A stretch of DNA of 64,000 nt from Lingula anatina (lineage: Eukaryota > Animalia > Brachiopoda): the NCBI GenBank assembly GCA_051362555.1, contig CM120648.1:10412587-10476586 (forward strand). Reading direction: 5' to 3'. The position numbers and the translations under genes are program-made. This document shows, piece after piece, positions 13,166 through 26,507 of this stretch (the first letter of the stretch is position 1; the number at the start of each line of letters is the position of its first letter). The notes below the pieces were generated by a model that was given only the letters and a program-made list of their open reading frames with translations, did not search any database and was not told where the DNA came from.

Positions 13166-13574
13166 CAGCCCAATCTACCCTGGCCGAGCCAGTGATTTGA
13201 CCCGGAATAACTGACAAATAAATTTCACATTTTAAGTATTTTTTTTTAGCTAGCGGAGATATGGATTGGTGAATTTTTCTAGACAGTACAAGCTTAAAAA
13301 TGTAGAGCCTGAATACAGGCTAAATATTGTGACTCTAAACAATATGGGCATGGTGATAAGAGGAGAACTGCTGATATTCAGTAAAATCTATTTTGATTTA
13401 CTATTGAAAGATATGACGGGCATTGAATACCTTTACTTATATACCATCATGTGTTCCAGTTGCGAGTTCCTGCAAGCCAAATGTGCCACACCAGAACTGA
13501 GGCCAGCTCAATGTCCAGAGCCGACCACACAGTCTCCTGGAGATGAGACCACTGAAGATTCCCAAGTGCCATAA
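11644..13574 (+). CDS. Secreted double Kazal-like-domain protein, copy D (Arg-rich linker); exons 11644-11677, 12117-12291, 12802-13038, 13460-13574
   Basis: Intact spliced frame MKVLIIVAVFSVIALVAAKPNKPRDFRRGG... with all 12 Cys kept; linker AREERPDRRLERRPFF; canonical splice sites. Confidence 0.85.
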
Positions 13575-14409
13575 GCTGTACACACATGACGTCATTTGGG
13601 ATATGTTTGCTTGACTGACTTCATGTTCATGTCACAGCGCTGGTGACGTCACTGATTGTTACATGTGTGAAAATGAAAGAGCTGATAGACCAAAGTGTTA
13701 CGTTAAACAATGACCCCTTCTTTGGTTTATCTTTTTATGTATATGCACTTGAACATTTACTTAAAAACCAGTGTTCCTACAGATTCGTTATCCCAAGCCA
13801 ACTTTGCATAATTTCTTTCTTTCTGTTTATTTTCGTAATTCCTGATTTATGCTATTTATATGGACGTGCCAAATTCAAAGTGCAGGACACTCTTTGTATT
13901 TAATGCTGTTAAAGTTTTATAGGAGCGATAAAAGAAAAAATAAAAATAGAACAATTAAATTTACATTATGTGTGTTCATTATGATGAAAAAGCCCTATGA
14001 CTTTTTATGATATTTAGATATATATGGCTGGAGCGAAATACGTACTTTTGTTACCGCCCTTCTATTATATTTCAAAGAGAGCACATTTCTTATGATTTTG
14101 CTTTTTTTCAATCTTTCCATTTTTAAATGTTTTTTGTGACCACATTCAACGAAAAGAGCTTGGGCACCGTGTAACATTATAACTGAACGTCTGTGTGTGT
14201 GTGTGTCTGTGTTTGTGCATTCTTAGCAGTTAAAAAGTAAAATAAAGTTCAGTTCCACATGCGTCTTAGCGTGGTTTAGACGCCTGGTCACTTTTGGTCC
14301 TGCTACGGACTGGGTGTTGACGTTCTAGACCCTCTTCGTTTCGCATTTAAAGGGCATGGGGATATATTTGTGTTTGGACATGCAGGCCCATCTATCCATC
14401 CATCCATCC

Positions 14410-14660
14410 AAACTTACATACATACATACACACACACATACATACATACATACATAATACGTACATTTTTTTTCCCTGTTAAGGACTGGGTGTTGACGTT
14501 CTCGCCTTCTCGAGGAGGGAACAGCCCAGCTGCTGTATGTAACGAACCAGCTTCAACCCCAACGTGCTTAGTGCCATGCAAGCGCAGAGGCAGCAAGTAT
14601 CGTTTTGAAATAACTGATATGTCCCCGCTCGTCGTTGGTGCTCCGTAAGTGGAACGCCAT
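14410..14660 (-). mobile_element. Degenerate SINE related to the one at 60.5 kb
   Basis: Minus strand ggggacatatcagt...aaacgatacttgctgcctc...ggcactaagcacg..ggggttgaagc matches the central domain at 60566-60640; it ends in a (TATG)n tail. Confidence 0.5.
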
Positions 14661-14969
14661 CACTGTGCAAACGTTACAGAACTATTTGATTCCATGCACA
14701 GAAGCGTCAGGTGCGTCCTCCAATAGAGGATACTGCACAAAATACCAAAATGTAGCTTTGATTTTTTTTACTATCGTTAGCTTATTAATTGATTGTACGA
14801 TCAGTCAATTGTTGTGAAAAAATCTTTTAGAAGTTGAAAAAAGAACACTGATTCATGACGTGATTTTCTGTATCATTTTAAGCATTGCGTTAGGGATGAC
14901 ACTTTTTTGGTTGGGGAGGTTATGTATGTATGTACATGTATGTATGTATGTATGTAGGCTATAGGTTAA

Positions 14970-15520
14970 TTCAATTGGGTTGAAATGCATCAACTTTTTT
15001 GCAGCTATTTCTTTTTTGGGACATTTCAAGTAATAGGGCCTCCATACTGAAAGTCCTCTCTTTAATGATACGATAGCCTTTCAGTGACAAAGGGTCAAAA
15101 ACCTGTGGTGCTGTGTCAGACGTACAGGAGCAGGTGGATCGTACACAACAGACACGAAGACATCTTACAATATATAGACACATCAGCTTTCATAAGCCTA
15201 TCTGGCACATTACTTGTATAATATATGTGCCAGGCTAGGTGCAAAGATAAAATGATATTTTTCTTCACTTTAATTGTTCAAGAAACTATCTACATCTGTT
15301 GGTTTTTCATAAGGCATCCAGCTTAGCAATATTAGGGACCAGGCTTCAGCACTGGTCGTCTCCATTAGCGTACAACCATGGCGATCAAGGAGATGATACC
15401 AAGATCGCTGTATCGTGTCTTTGTCAATTCATTTGGGCATTATTTCCAGTCAGTGAGAAAGGTGCCGTAATCCATAGCTAGGATCCAGTAAATATGCATA
15501 TTGTCCCCTAGGGCATGGTT
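14970..15520 (-). mobile_element. Highly degenerate 3' end of a CR1/L2-type LINE ORF2
   Basis: Minus-strand fragments ERTFSMEA...SCKKVDAF resemble the CR1/L2 C-terminal DRAFS..WN.LP..IR...F motif, and an upstream MDYG resembles RLDY. A (TATG)n repeat adjoins the 3' end. Confidence 0.4.
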
Positions 15521-16209
15521 AGCGGTAGAGAATCTTGACAGCTAATCTCCATTTTGTGGCCTGTATGAATATTGCCAGAGGCATAAATATTACAGGCATC
15601 AATGTAGCTGTTACACAAAGCACACCACACCATAATTTTGAAGTTTGTGTACTCGAGAAAATTGAAAGATTTATTTATTGTATGCTATCATTTGTATGTC
15701 AAAAGGTACATTTTTTTGTCAAATGGGTCCTGAGGTCAGGGTGACATTTGCTTCCAGTGGTTATAAAGTTCGATATTATTGTTGTTTGAAGGGTTAAAAT
15801 CTTTTCATATTGGCCAAAAATGGATTTGCCTAGGGTAAGCGTCAATTTCTCCATACTAACAAATATTCTATGAATCAGTTCCAACATCCAAAGTTAGTCC
15901 CTGTTTTTTTTAAATATTATTTTTAAATAATTTCTTCAGATATGATTACAGGGACTTCACCCCCCCTCCACCCCCCCCCCCCCCATAAAAAACGCAGTTT
16001 TGTTGGTAAAATAGAATTTCTAATATGTTAATGGGTTGTTTACAATGTATTTATTTTGAGACATGGACTTCATATGTAGAGTTGTCGGCCCTTTAAAAGT
16101 AAGTCTAGGTATTTAGACCACAATCTTAGTTTTCTTTGACCAAATATCTATCTGTACTTGTCAATTTTAACGGCACTCTGTGTCCGCTATATATCAGGTA
16201 CAAGAAAGA

Positions 16210-16323
<114 letters not shown>

Positions 16324-17015
16324 ATAAAAAGAAATTAAAAAAAAACAACAGAGATAATCGCAGTACGCGGTAGACGCACACGCTGTTAGGCACGTGACCT
16401 TTAACGAGCACACCCTAATGCTAATTGTGTGTGAATTTGGTGACATTTGATGGCATCTTTTCAATTTAATATACATTTCTTTACATCTGTAGAAGTCACA
16501 GTGAAACAGTGGATTTGAGGGGGTACCTCTTATAAATTTTACTAAATGTTATAAAATTTGTATATTTTCCCCACTATTTTGTATTTTTTTAAACCATTAA
16601 TCATGTTAGATACGGTATCTGTAATAAAAAGCGCCATTTTTAAAAATTTACAGCTGTGAGGTGATCATTTGTTAATAAAAGTACATGGAAACGGGAGTGG
16701 GACAACCTTTTTGACCAATGTTATATATATATATATATATATCACCAAAAGCCTTTGTATAACAATGGCCCACGGCACCTTTGTCACGAGGTAGGCTAGA
16801 GATTTTGGACTTCGTTCACCGCATGACATCGCAATGGAGACGAACTGGGCGATACCACCACCTACACAGTTCTAAATTGTGAGATCCCTTAGTCAAGACA
16901 AACAGTCCAACCGATTGTCCACTGCATAAACCAATTTGCAATTTACATGAGTTATTGATGTTAGGTCGACGATGGGGTGTAAGGTAAATGAATTACATCA
17001 ATGAGAAACTGGAGT

Positions 17016-17182
17016 CAGGGGCGGATTTAGGCCGTCTTCTGGGTCTTCCGGAAGACGGTCAGATTTTCAAGTTTACATTGACGGGTATCTAATGTTTTCT
17101 GTCGGAAGACGGTCAAAATAGAGGATGGATAAACAAAGATAATTTGGAAGACTGTCAGAAAATATCTCTGGATCCGCCCCTG
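17016..17182. mobile_element. 167-bp MITE, TIR CAGGGGCGGAT, 5-bp TSD GGAGT
   Basis: ggagt|caggggcggat...atccgcccctg|ggagt; a similar second copy lies at 43515-43688. Confidence 0.8.
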
Positions 17183-17210
17183 GGAGTGAGTATCATTTCG
17201 GTTCGACAAG

Positions 17211-18716
17211 ATGCATAAGCCCGTGAAGGCATTAAATTGCCTATCGATGCCTCGGTTTCATACAAGAAAGAAATATGTATTTTACACGTGCATTTTATCG
17301 ATGGCAATGATCGTGTTTTACTGCTGCCTAAGCGATGTGTTCAGTACAAAGAGCGTTTTTTCACCACGCGGAAAAAAATCTTCGAATGGAATATTACAAG
17401 CTGTGCTGAAAACGGATTTGAATGAAAACACCGCAAATCCAAACTATCTCATCGTTCATAGGAGAACAAAGACAAAATGGGCAGATCACTCTCAAATTAG
17501 AGAATATGCAAACAGTTCAGCCAGAAAAACAAAGAGTGTTTGGACAAACGGACACCAATCTATGCATTTCAACGAAAATATCACCACTCAAAAGAAATCA
17601 AGAGGGAAATATCCATCTTTTATTTATGAACATGTGGGCGGATATATAGGCAACGCAAGCTCCATGAAGCCAACTGATTCACAAATTTGTGTAGCCAATA
17701 ACCACGTCATGTTTTTGAAAACACATAAAACAGCATCAACCACGATTGCCAACATTTTGCACAGATATGCTTACTCCTCGCATCTGACTGTAATGCTTCC
17801 AATAAAGGGTCTTAAAACATGGACGCCAGCATGTAAAAACAAAGAGGACTTCGTTATGCTTAAAAATTTTACTTTTATTGGCAAAGTGTCAGAATCGGAG
17901 AAATACGATATTTTTGCCCGGCACTGGATTTACGATTCGACATTCATAGAAGACAATATGCATAAAGATACATTTCGATTTACCATACTCCGAGAACCTT
18001 TCTTCCGTTTTAGATCCAGTTTTCATTATTTCGGCTTTGCTGACAAATTCAAATACACAAAATACCGGGACCCTATGTATGCATTTTTGCTTGATCTTAG
18101 TCATCCGCAGCATCAAAAGAGAATCCTTCTCATGCAAAAGAAGTTAAATATACGTTATATTCCAAATAGAATGATGTATGATCTTGGCTTTTACAACTCC
18201 GACTACAACTGCACCGGTGACGCCTTTGAATATATAAAACGAATTGACAAAGAATTCGACTTGGTGATCACGACGGAATATTTCAATGCTGGAATGGTAT
18301 TATTGCGTCGCCGTCTCTGTTGGGATCTAAAAAACATCCTGTACTTGAAACTTAATGTACATAAAAAACCTTATCACCATTACAATGCGGCGAGCGTCGA
18401 ACTGGTAAAAAAGCGGAGTAACTTGGATTACATGTTATATGACTATTTTCATGCAAAGCTAAAAGCTTTACTGGATAACCAAAGTAGAGATTTCTATGAT
18501 GAGGTTCGATACTATGAATTAATTCAGGGTCGTGTAGCAGTTTTTTGTAAAAGCAAAATGCAAGACGCTATGAAGGTTTCACCTAACAAGTGGACGAAAG
18601 GATTTGAAATAAACCGAGAAACCTGCGCCATGATGAAGATGAAGACTAAACATTTTGCTTCTTTGCTAACGGAAAGGTATTACGCACGTCTGACTAAACA
18701 ACTTTTAGATAATTAG
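17211..18716 (+). CDS. Galactose-3-O-sulfotransferase (GAL3ST family)-like type II membrane protein, single coding exon
   Basis: 501-aa ORF with an N-terminal TM (YVFYTCILSMAMIVFYCCL) and stem, 5'-PSB motif FLKTHKTASTT, TILREP..S.F.YF, FDLVITTEYF..MVLLRRRLCW and LDYMLYDYF, all typical of the GAL3ST family. The start may be the ATG at 17247. Confidence 0.88.
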   Translation: MHKPVKALNCLSMPRFHTRKKYVFYTCILSMAMIVFYCCLSDVFSTKSVFSPRGKKSSNGILQAVLKTDLNENTANPNYLIVHRRTKTKWADHSQIREYANSSARKTKSVWTNGHQSMHFNENITTQKKSRGKYPSFIYEHVGGYIGNASSMKPTDSQICVANNHVMFLKTHKTASTTIANILHRYAYSSHLTVMLPIKGLKTWTPACKNKEDFVMLKNFTFIGKVSESEKYDIFARHWIYDSTFIEDNMHKDTFRFTILREPFFRFRSSFHYFGFADKFKYTKYRDPMYAFLLDLSHPQHQKRILLMQKKLNIRYIPNRMMYDLGFYNSDYNCTGDAFEYIKRIDKEFDLVITTEYFNAGMVLLRRRLCWDLKNILYLKLNVHKKPYHHYNAASVELVKKRSNLDYMLYDYFHAKLKALLDNQSRDFYDEVRYYELIQGRVAVFCKSKMQDAMKVSPNKWTKGFEINRETCAMMKMKTKHFASLLTERYYARLTKQLLDN

Positions 18717-21213
18717 CCTTATATCGAACATATTTTTCCCATTTACATGTGCTTGTTATATTGGTCTTTTTGCAGATCAATTGATAGCCCCTATTATTTA
18801 TTTTTTTCTACAAAAACAGGGAAGTTCAGTTGTGCCTGCAGACGCCAGCGTTTGTATTATCTTCAGAATCACCAGGCTGAAGACTGTGTATAGAGGAAAC
18901 TGTTGGTCATGGTGGCCCTGACCCCACCCCACCCCTCCCCCGAATCCGACACTGTGTTATATGGTTTAGAGAAAGCGGTGCAGTCCAAATATGAGAGTGA
19001 AAGGGGGCTGTTCTGCAGGCCACCATGACCAAAAGTTTCCACAGTCTTCAGCAAACCTCTTGTGACCTTGTAAGTGGTCACAGATGATGGCGCGGGGACA
19101 AGATGTCCCCGGATGTCACCGGGATGACACATTACCAAACCTGCTCTGGGTCGCCTGCAGTCACGTTGAGTGTGCTGCAGGCTGCTACAAAGTAAGCACG
19201 TGGGATGTTTTTACTAATGATATACGAAGTGTTACAGGGACAGATCCAGGATTATTTGAAGGGGGTTCGGGGCCCTTCAGCGGGCTCCAAAATTCTTAGC
19301 ATTTTAGAGGGTGAACGGTGCCATTTGGTACGGTTTGGAAGTCTGATTCAGCTAGTCAAAGTTCTAATTTCAAGACGGAACCATTGGTGTGATTTTTTTT
19401 AAGAAATCGAAGGGGGACACCCCCTCCAAAAAAAAAAAAAAAAAAAAAAATCCGGCACTGTGATATATGGTTTAGAGAAAGTGATGCAGCAATCTTAGTG
19501 TTGACTACCACAAAGTAGGCCTACCGATGAACTTTACGCTACCTCACCCAGTCTGTAGAATCCAATAATTTAATCTGAGCCTGTATACGTATATTAATTA
19601 AGGAAGGCTTTTTTCATCCTTTTGTGTCGCAGTATTTAATTTCAGGAGTGTAGGACCTTACCTGGAGTTTTAGGTATACAATGGGTACGGTCTTATTACG
19701 TTAAACCATAGATGTGTATTAAGTATACACATGTATATTATTAGGTTATAGAGTCTACTTATGGTAAAAAATGAATAATAAGAATAATAAATATGTAAAT
19801 GAATAAAGATATTTTCGTGAATTCTACTTTTTGTTATTTTTTTGGTGACAGAAAGTGATAAATCTGGCTCTTTGTTTAAAGCATTGGATTTTTTTTAATT
19901 CATGCATTGCTAGTCTGAGAATTCTATTATTCAGTAACGAAGGTTTTAGCCTATTTTAGTAATGTAAGTTTTAAATCTAACAAACCTTTTGGATATCAAT
20001 CACACGTTATTGATACTCCAGAATTAATTAAAGGGGGATCCGAGGATGCGAAGCCGACCTCCCCCCCCCCCCCCTTTGGCGTGGGGCTCGGAGCCCGCTG
20101 AAGTGTCTAGGAATATTTTGGTATATTTAGAGGGCGAATGGTGCCATTTGGTACGGTTAAAATTATGATTCAACTAGTCGAAATTTTAATTTCATGAGGG
20201 GCCATTGGTGTAATTTTTTGTCAGAAATCGAAGGGGGTCGTAAATAAATAAATTTAGACTGCGTTAAAAGGGTATTACGAGATGCATGCGTACATCACTG
20301 ACCCATTTTGTCCTCTACTTCAATTTTTTTCACAGTGCTTGGAAACGAAGGCTTTGAAAAATTTTTTTCTTTAGGATGCAGTTTGCCGTAATTCGCGTAA
20401 AATATTTGACTGTGTCCTATCACTAGACCTACATGTATATCGTCTTGCTTATAATTGATGTAACTGAACTGAGAAATTCATTAATGGCTAAAATATTGGA
20501 AAAAAGTCAAACAACTAAAAAAAAATGATCTGCACCAAAAGACGTAACAAAGTTTGTTTTTTTCCCAATTAAAAAAAACCTGGCCACACCATGAAAGTAG
20601 CTCCAAGCTACCTTAATTTATTGATTTATTTGAAATAAACATTCTAGACATTTTCTTAGACGTTAGACACCATACTCGCTTCCTGACAAGTAGCAAATTT
20701 TCTTATTTAATAAAGAGAAACTAGATCCATTGGAGAATGTGAGATGGTGCTACGGTCGCAAATAAGGGAGTAATTTAATGAATATGTCCCTTTTTGAATT
20801 TTGTGTGAGAACAGATAAATCTAGTAATTATTATTTTTATTTATTTATTTATTTATTTATTATTATTATTATTATTTATTTTATTATTATTATTATTATT
20901 TTTGTTCCTAGGCATTTTTAAAATTTTTTTCCAGAATGTATTCGATTGAGCAATTATAAATTATATAAAGCATACACAGTGGACTAGACAGACCATTCTC
21001 GTACAGGCAAATATGCATCTATCTTTGCACAAGAAATCACTGCCACGCATAATGAATAGCTCAGGAAACAAAATAGCCTCCTTTTTCAAGACTAGTCCTT
21101 GTAGTTTTCAACACAACAATTTACTTTTTAAGTGAGTAATTATACATTTTGAAATATTATATGAAAAGAAAAAAACGTAGCTCTTCCAACTGTGTTAGAT
21201 GTGACAGCAGAAG

Positions 21214-21241
21214 TGCGCATGCCCAGTAATAAACAGGAAGT
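21214..21241 (+). promoter_or_regulatory. Housekeeping-type promoter motifs for TMCO4: NRF1-like TGCGCATGC and ETS-like CAGGAAGT
   Basis: Both motifs lie within 45 bp upstream of the ATG at 21257. Confidence 0.4.
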
Positions 21242-21256
21242 AAACATTCAGTCGAA

Positions 21257-24200
21257 ATGGCAGACGAAGATCAAGCAGACGGAAAATTTATGGACGACGA
21301 GAACGAAGTTGGTGAAAACTCTGCGTCAAAGGATGGTGCGTAGACTTAAGTGTTAAAGTTATTTATATCCTTCTGCAGGCCTCTAATGAAGCCAATTGAC
21401 AATGGAAAACGTGTTGCCACTTCCTTAGTTCGTCAGTGTATACGAATCCGATACTAACAGTACATGTAGTAGTTATGAGATTTAACAGGTGTCCGTTCAC
21501 TGATGGCAGTGCAGTGTAAATAAATAGAACTGCGCCACATTTCACCATACTCTTTTTAACGTAGGGAATATTTATCGAAAAAATGAAATAAAAAATACCG
21601 ACTTCTTTATTGATAAACACCTTCACATATAATGTACAATTATCAGTTGATGGAGACTGAATACGTCTAACTACATCAAGTAAATAAATAAATAAATATA
21701 GATAGACAGATAGCAGCACAATTACATAGAATACATATGAATTAAGCATTTTATTATCACACGGTGTGTTAGGTTTGATCCACTCGCCAAGTCACTTGCT
21801 TACACTACAGTGAGTGGATGGCACCCAAACAACAGGGGTTATTAGAATAACAATGGCAAAATGATACACAGTAGTGATAATAAAATGGGAGTGGTTACTA
21901 AACTTAAGGTCAAATTTGAGTATTACTAGGAGATATGAGCTGGGCTATTTTTTCCATGCACGTTTGGATGAGTATAAAAAGTAGCTTTACTATGTGTCCA
22001 TTTCCCCAGATCCCTTTAGCCTAACAGTTGAAATACAGTACAGAAAATGAAATGTTACCAAAAGTAACAACTTTTAACAACTAAACTGGTTTATGTTTTA
22101 TAGCACCGCCCCTCTATGATGAATGGATTATGTTTCATGAATACAGTGCATGTTTGCTCACTGTGTTACCTTCAGACAATTGTTTGATTACTCACTACAG
22201 CATGGAGTTGTCAGCTCTAATACCTTATAATTATCGCTGTTTACAAGTGAGTTGCTTTCGGTAACAAAGGGTAACAAACATATAACAGTCTGGAGCATTC
22301 TTTCTGAGCTGCCACCTTCAGGTAGATCTACCTTGACTAGAAATCAAACACATTTTTATCTGAACAAATGTACATGTATGATAGCAAAATATGTGATACC
22401 AGCACAGTATGCACAGTTTACAAGTATCGGACATCCTATAAGATTACTTTCTTCAGTATTTGAGGCCATTTTCCTACAGGGTTCTATTTGAAATTGTAAG
22501 AAAGGGATTAAACCTGATAGAAGCTCAGTGTACCAAGTACCGGTAGTGCACTTCCTTAATTAATACATTTTACTAATTTGAAAGAGGATCTAAGAATTGA
22601 GCCATCATCCTCGTACTTCAAGTTAAACCTAGGACTCAGTATGCAGTCCTAGGTTTAACACAAAAGGAATTATGTTTTATTTACATTCCTCTGTTACCCA
22701 CCCTTTATTCCCTGTCACAAGCCCCCATGTTTCCCTCAGAATTAATCCTGTTCACTGACCGTGTTAAAAGCAGAAGGAGGGGTGGTGGTATCATAAAAGT
22801 ACTAGTAGCTCTTTTATACTATTTTCAATTGCTTTGACTGGTGTAATACAGATATCTTTATTTATTTATTTATTTTTTTTAATTTTACTATTATTTTTTT
22901 TATACCATAGGAGAACCAGAGGTAGAAAACCCAGCAACATTGGCTGCAGCAGCTATGGTAGCACATAGTGACGGAGAACCCATACAACTAGAGAAAATCC
23001 TCAGTAGTGCAGGGCTCTTCTCCTACTCAGGCCTGTGTGCTGTCTCATTGAAAGTGATGTTTGAGACAGATTTTGACAAGTAAAAACCTTAATTTAATTG
23101 AGAAGAAATAGATGATTTAAAATAAATACTGTAGTTTGTTAGAATAAGTGCTCATTGCTCTGTGATGCAGCTTTTTAGCTACCAGAAGTAGTGCTTTCTT
23201 GTGTAGCATTGTGTCAGTTTACTTTGAACACAGCAGAAACCTGGTATGCTAATGTTTTAAGAAAAGTTGAATATTGTTGGCATGTGTCTAATTTTTTTTT
23301 GTCACAAATGTTTGAATCTTAAATTTGACTCAAAAACAAAAATTATTCTGAATTAGCAGTAAATTTTTTCCAACTTGTTGAAGAAAATACTCACTTTTTC
23401 ATTGCCAGTTAGTCTAGAGGTAGGGAAATATATAAAACAAGCTTGTGTGTAGAGCTTTATACTGATATAAAAAGGATATGAATCTGCCAGTGTTGTTTTT
23501 TTAAACCGATGTATTTTTTTTACTCCTCAGAAAGTTTAGGATGCAGTTCCTGCAGTCTGTAATAGAAAGACTGAAGCAGTCAAAACAGGTGCATTTTAAA
23601 TTATACCAAAGTTTTTAGTTAAAAAATGGAAATGTGCAGTGTCTCGGGTATTTAGGTTAATCTAAATTTAATTGATTATTTTATTAGACAGAGTGTGATG
23701 TTAGACTGAATATGGAATTTAATTAACATTTTATGCATATCTACCTTAATAGATGAATGAATAATATAATTACATATAATAATTGGGAGAAAGTGATGAT
23801 ATTGTACATGTAATTAATATTTATGATTCATGATTATGATAATGATGATGATAATAATAAATTAATCCTTTTACAGTATGTTGACATGAAGACCTTATTG
23901 CGTCTTACATCATGTTTTAATTCTTAAAATTACTGTCAGTAAATCATTATGATAAATCATAAGAATGACACAGGCTGTAGAATTCAGCATGTTCTCCACC
24001 AAGGTTTCAACCTCTATGTTTGCGCTGATGGAGGGAAGCGAGCTGCTTGAAGAGGCGGACCCTTTTGTGAAAACACTGCTAGAGGAGGAGGTCATTCAGG
24101 GTGATCCATTACTTATACCTAAAGATATGCTGGCTCTGGCATTAAAGGAAGGTAAGGTGCCCTGCATGTGTGTAGAAAATAAATCAGTATATTGCATGTA

Positions 24201-24590
24201 ATTTACTACTGCAGTTCTTCGTGTTATGCTGGCTATGGCCCAAAAGAAATGTAAGGTGCTCCTGCACATGTATAGATAATGCTTCGGTCATGTTGCAAAT
24301 TAACATCAGCACAGTGCCTGTATACTGGTATAATATGGTTTACATTAACATTTTAAATTAGCAAGAATTCAGGTCTTTTAAATTATTTATCCTTGCAGCA
24401 TCACAGGAAAGCGCAGTTAGCTGACCTGCAGTTATTAAATATGAAATATCTTTAAAGTACAGTAAATGAAACACTTTGTGATCTCAAAGTGGATATACTC
24501 TTATATTTTTAATAAAGAGAGAGAATGGAGGTGAGAAATAGATGCATGTTTTTCACAAACACCACTCAATTGCTTTAAATTTTCTGATAT

Positions 24591-24628
<38 letters not shown>

Positions 24629-26460
24629 GACATTTGTTCTTTGTTTAACAGTGCCAGTTTAGGGGAATTGGTTCTGAAAGATTTTACATACGTTACATCA
24701 TTGTACAAGGCAACAAATTTTATCTCCATCTTTCATCGGCTGTCCACAAGGCAAGAGTCCCCAGATTTATGTGCAAATGCAGAGGACATATGGGTAGTTC
24801 ATAAATTAGTGGCATGTGCCTGATAATTAGTTATAAGGGTCACATGGATGTGTCATTGTTATCTTGAGGACATTTGTCACACACCTCCGATGGCGATTGG
24901 TCACATAAATTTGTCAATCATGAGGACATAAGAACTTTGCACTGCCTGGTAGACCTATGGTTTTGCTAAAGGCAGGGTGAAAGGGGGGCACAAGGATAGA
25001 AAATATTTTATGAAATATGAAAATGTTCAGTTGTTAACTGTACTCATATAAAATTTGAAATATGAAAATGTTCAGTTCTTAATTGTTCTCATATAAAATG
25101 TAAAGGGACAGGAATGGAAACATTGCTTGGTTTTGTGGGTTTGCTTATTTTAATATCTGATTTTACTATTTTCCCCCCAAATTTCTAAATATGTGGCATA
25201 GGCACCAGTAAATGATATTAGCATGGGTAAAACTTTTCTTGTTTGTGCCAGATTTCCAGTAAGCAATTTGATTGTTGTGGGGAGGGGTGGGGATCAGCTA
25301 CATTTTTTAGGATTTAATTTGAATTTCTCAGTTTTTATAGATTTCAGCCAGCATGTATTACATGCTATTAAATAGTCTTAAGAGACCATTGTGACACCCA
25401 AAAGGGAAATAAACTTATTATTGAATTTTTTTTTGGTTGAATTACTGAATCGAATTGTGACTCTGATATCCTAGTAGAATATTAATGAATACTTGACGAT
25501 ATGAATGTTCAACTTGATATCTTGTTGCGCTATGAGATATACCAGTATATTAAAGGGATAACAGCTCTAGATATGAGATTCAAAATTCCACCCAAAAAAA
25601 AAGTTGTAAGCAACACAGAGAAATACAATAATTCCATTTTGTCCACCATAACAACTGCTATCCTTCAGTTATTCTGAAATCTGTACTTGCCATCAGACCA
25701 TGTGGACCTTCATAGATAGGTAAACCTCCAAAATAATCTCACAGGAAATTATTACAAAAAACACAATTTAAAGAAAATCCACTAACTTTGAATGTGGGAA
25801 TGGATTCATTAACCATTGGAAAGTATGGGAAATTGTCGTTTATCCCTGGAAAGTCTGTTTTGTGGCACTTTTCCCACCAAGATGAAGAGTTGTCATCCCT
25901 TTTCAATATAATGATATGATAGAACAATAATCTTTTTTTTTCTTCATTATTGTTCATTTAGTCATGCAGAACAGAGGTAAAATAATCTATTTATATATTT
26001 GCTACTTATACGTTTTGATCCCATCCTTAATAATTTTATTTTTGCCTACAGTACTTACTATGGAAGCATATTACTGTTATGTTCGGTGGTGTTGCTGTGC
26101 AGTTTGTATGGTCTTAATATTAATTTTTTAAATTTATTTTTATAAAAATGTCACCATGTGTTCAATCTCAGTTGTGCATTATCGCTTTGATCTTTAAAGG
26201 AATAGTTATTATTTTTGTTTTATTATTTGGAATAGAGAACACCAAGTTGCTTTTATGGATTGTTGAATGATATAGAGATTCTTTTTATGAATGATTTTAC
26301 TGTGCCCGTTATGAAGTTTTCAGTTTTATATTATTAGTTAGTTGAATTGATAGATTCAGGAGTGAATTGTGAGATAAAATATGTTATAAAATTTGTTTAG
26401 TTTATGTGTTTCCTTATTTAAATTGGTTGATGTTCATTATTTGATTGTTAATAATAACAT

Positions 26461-26507
<47 letters not shown>

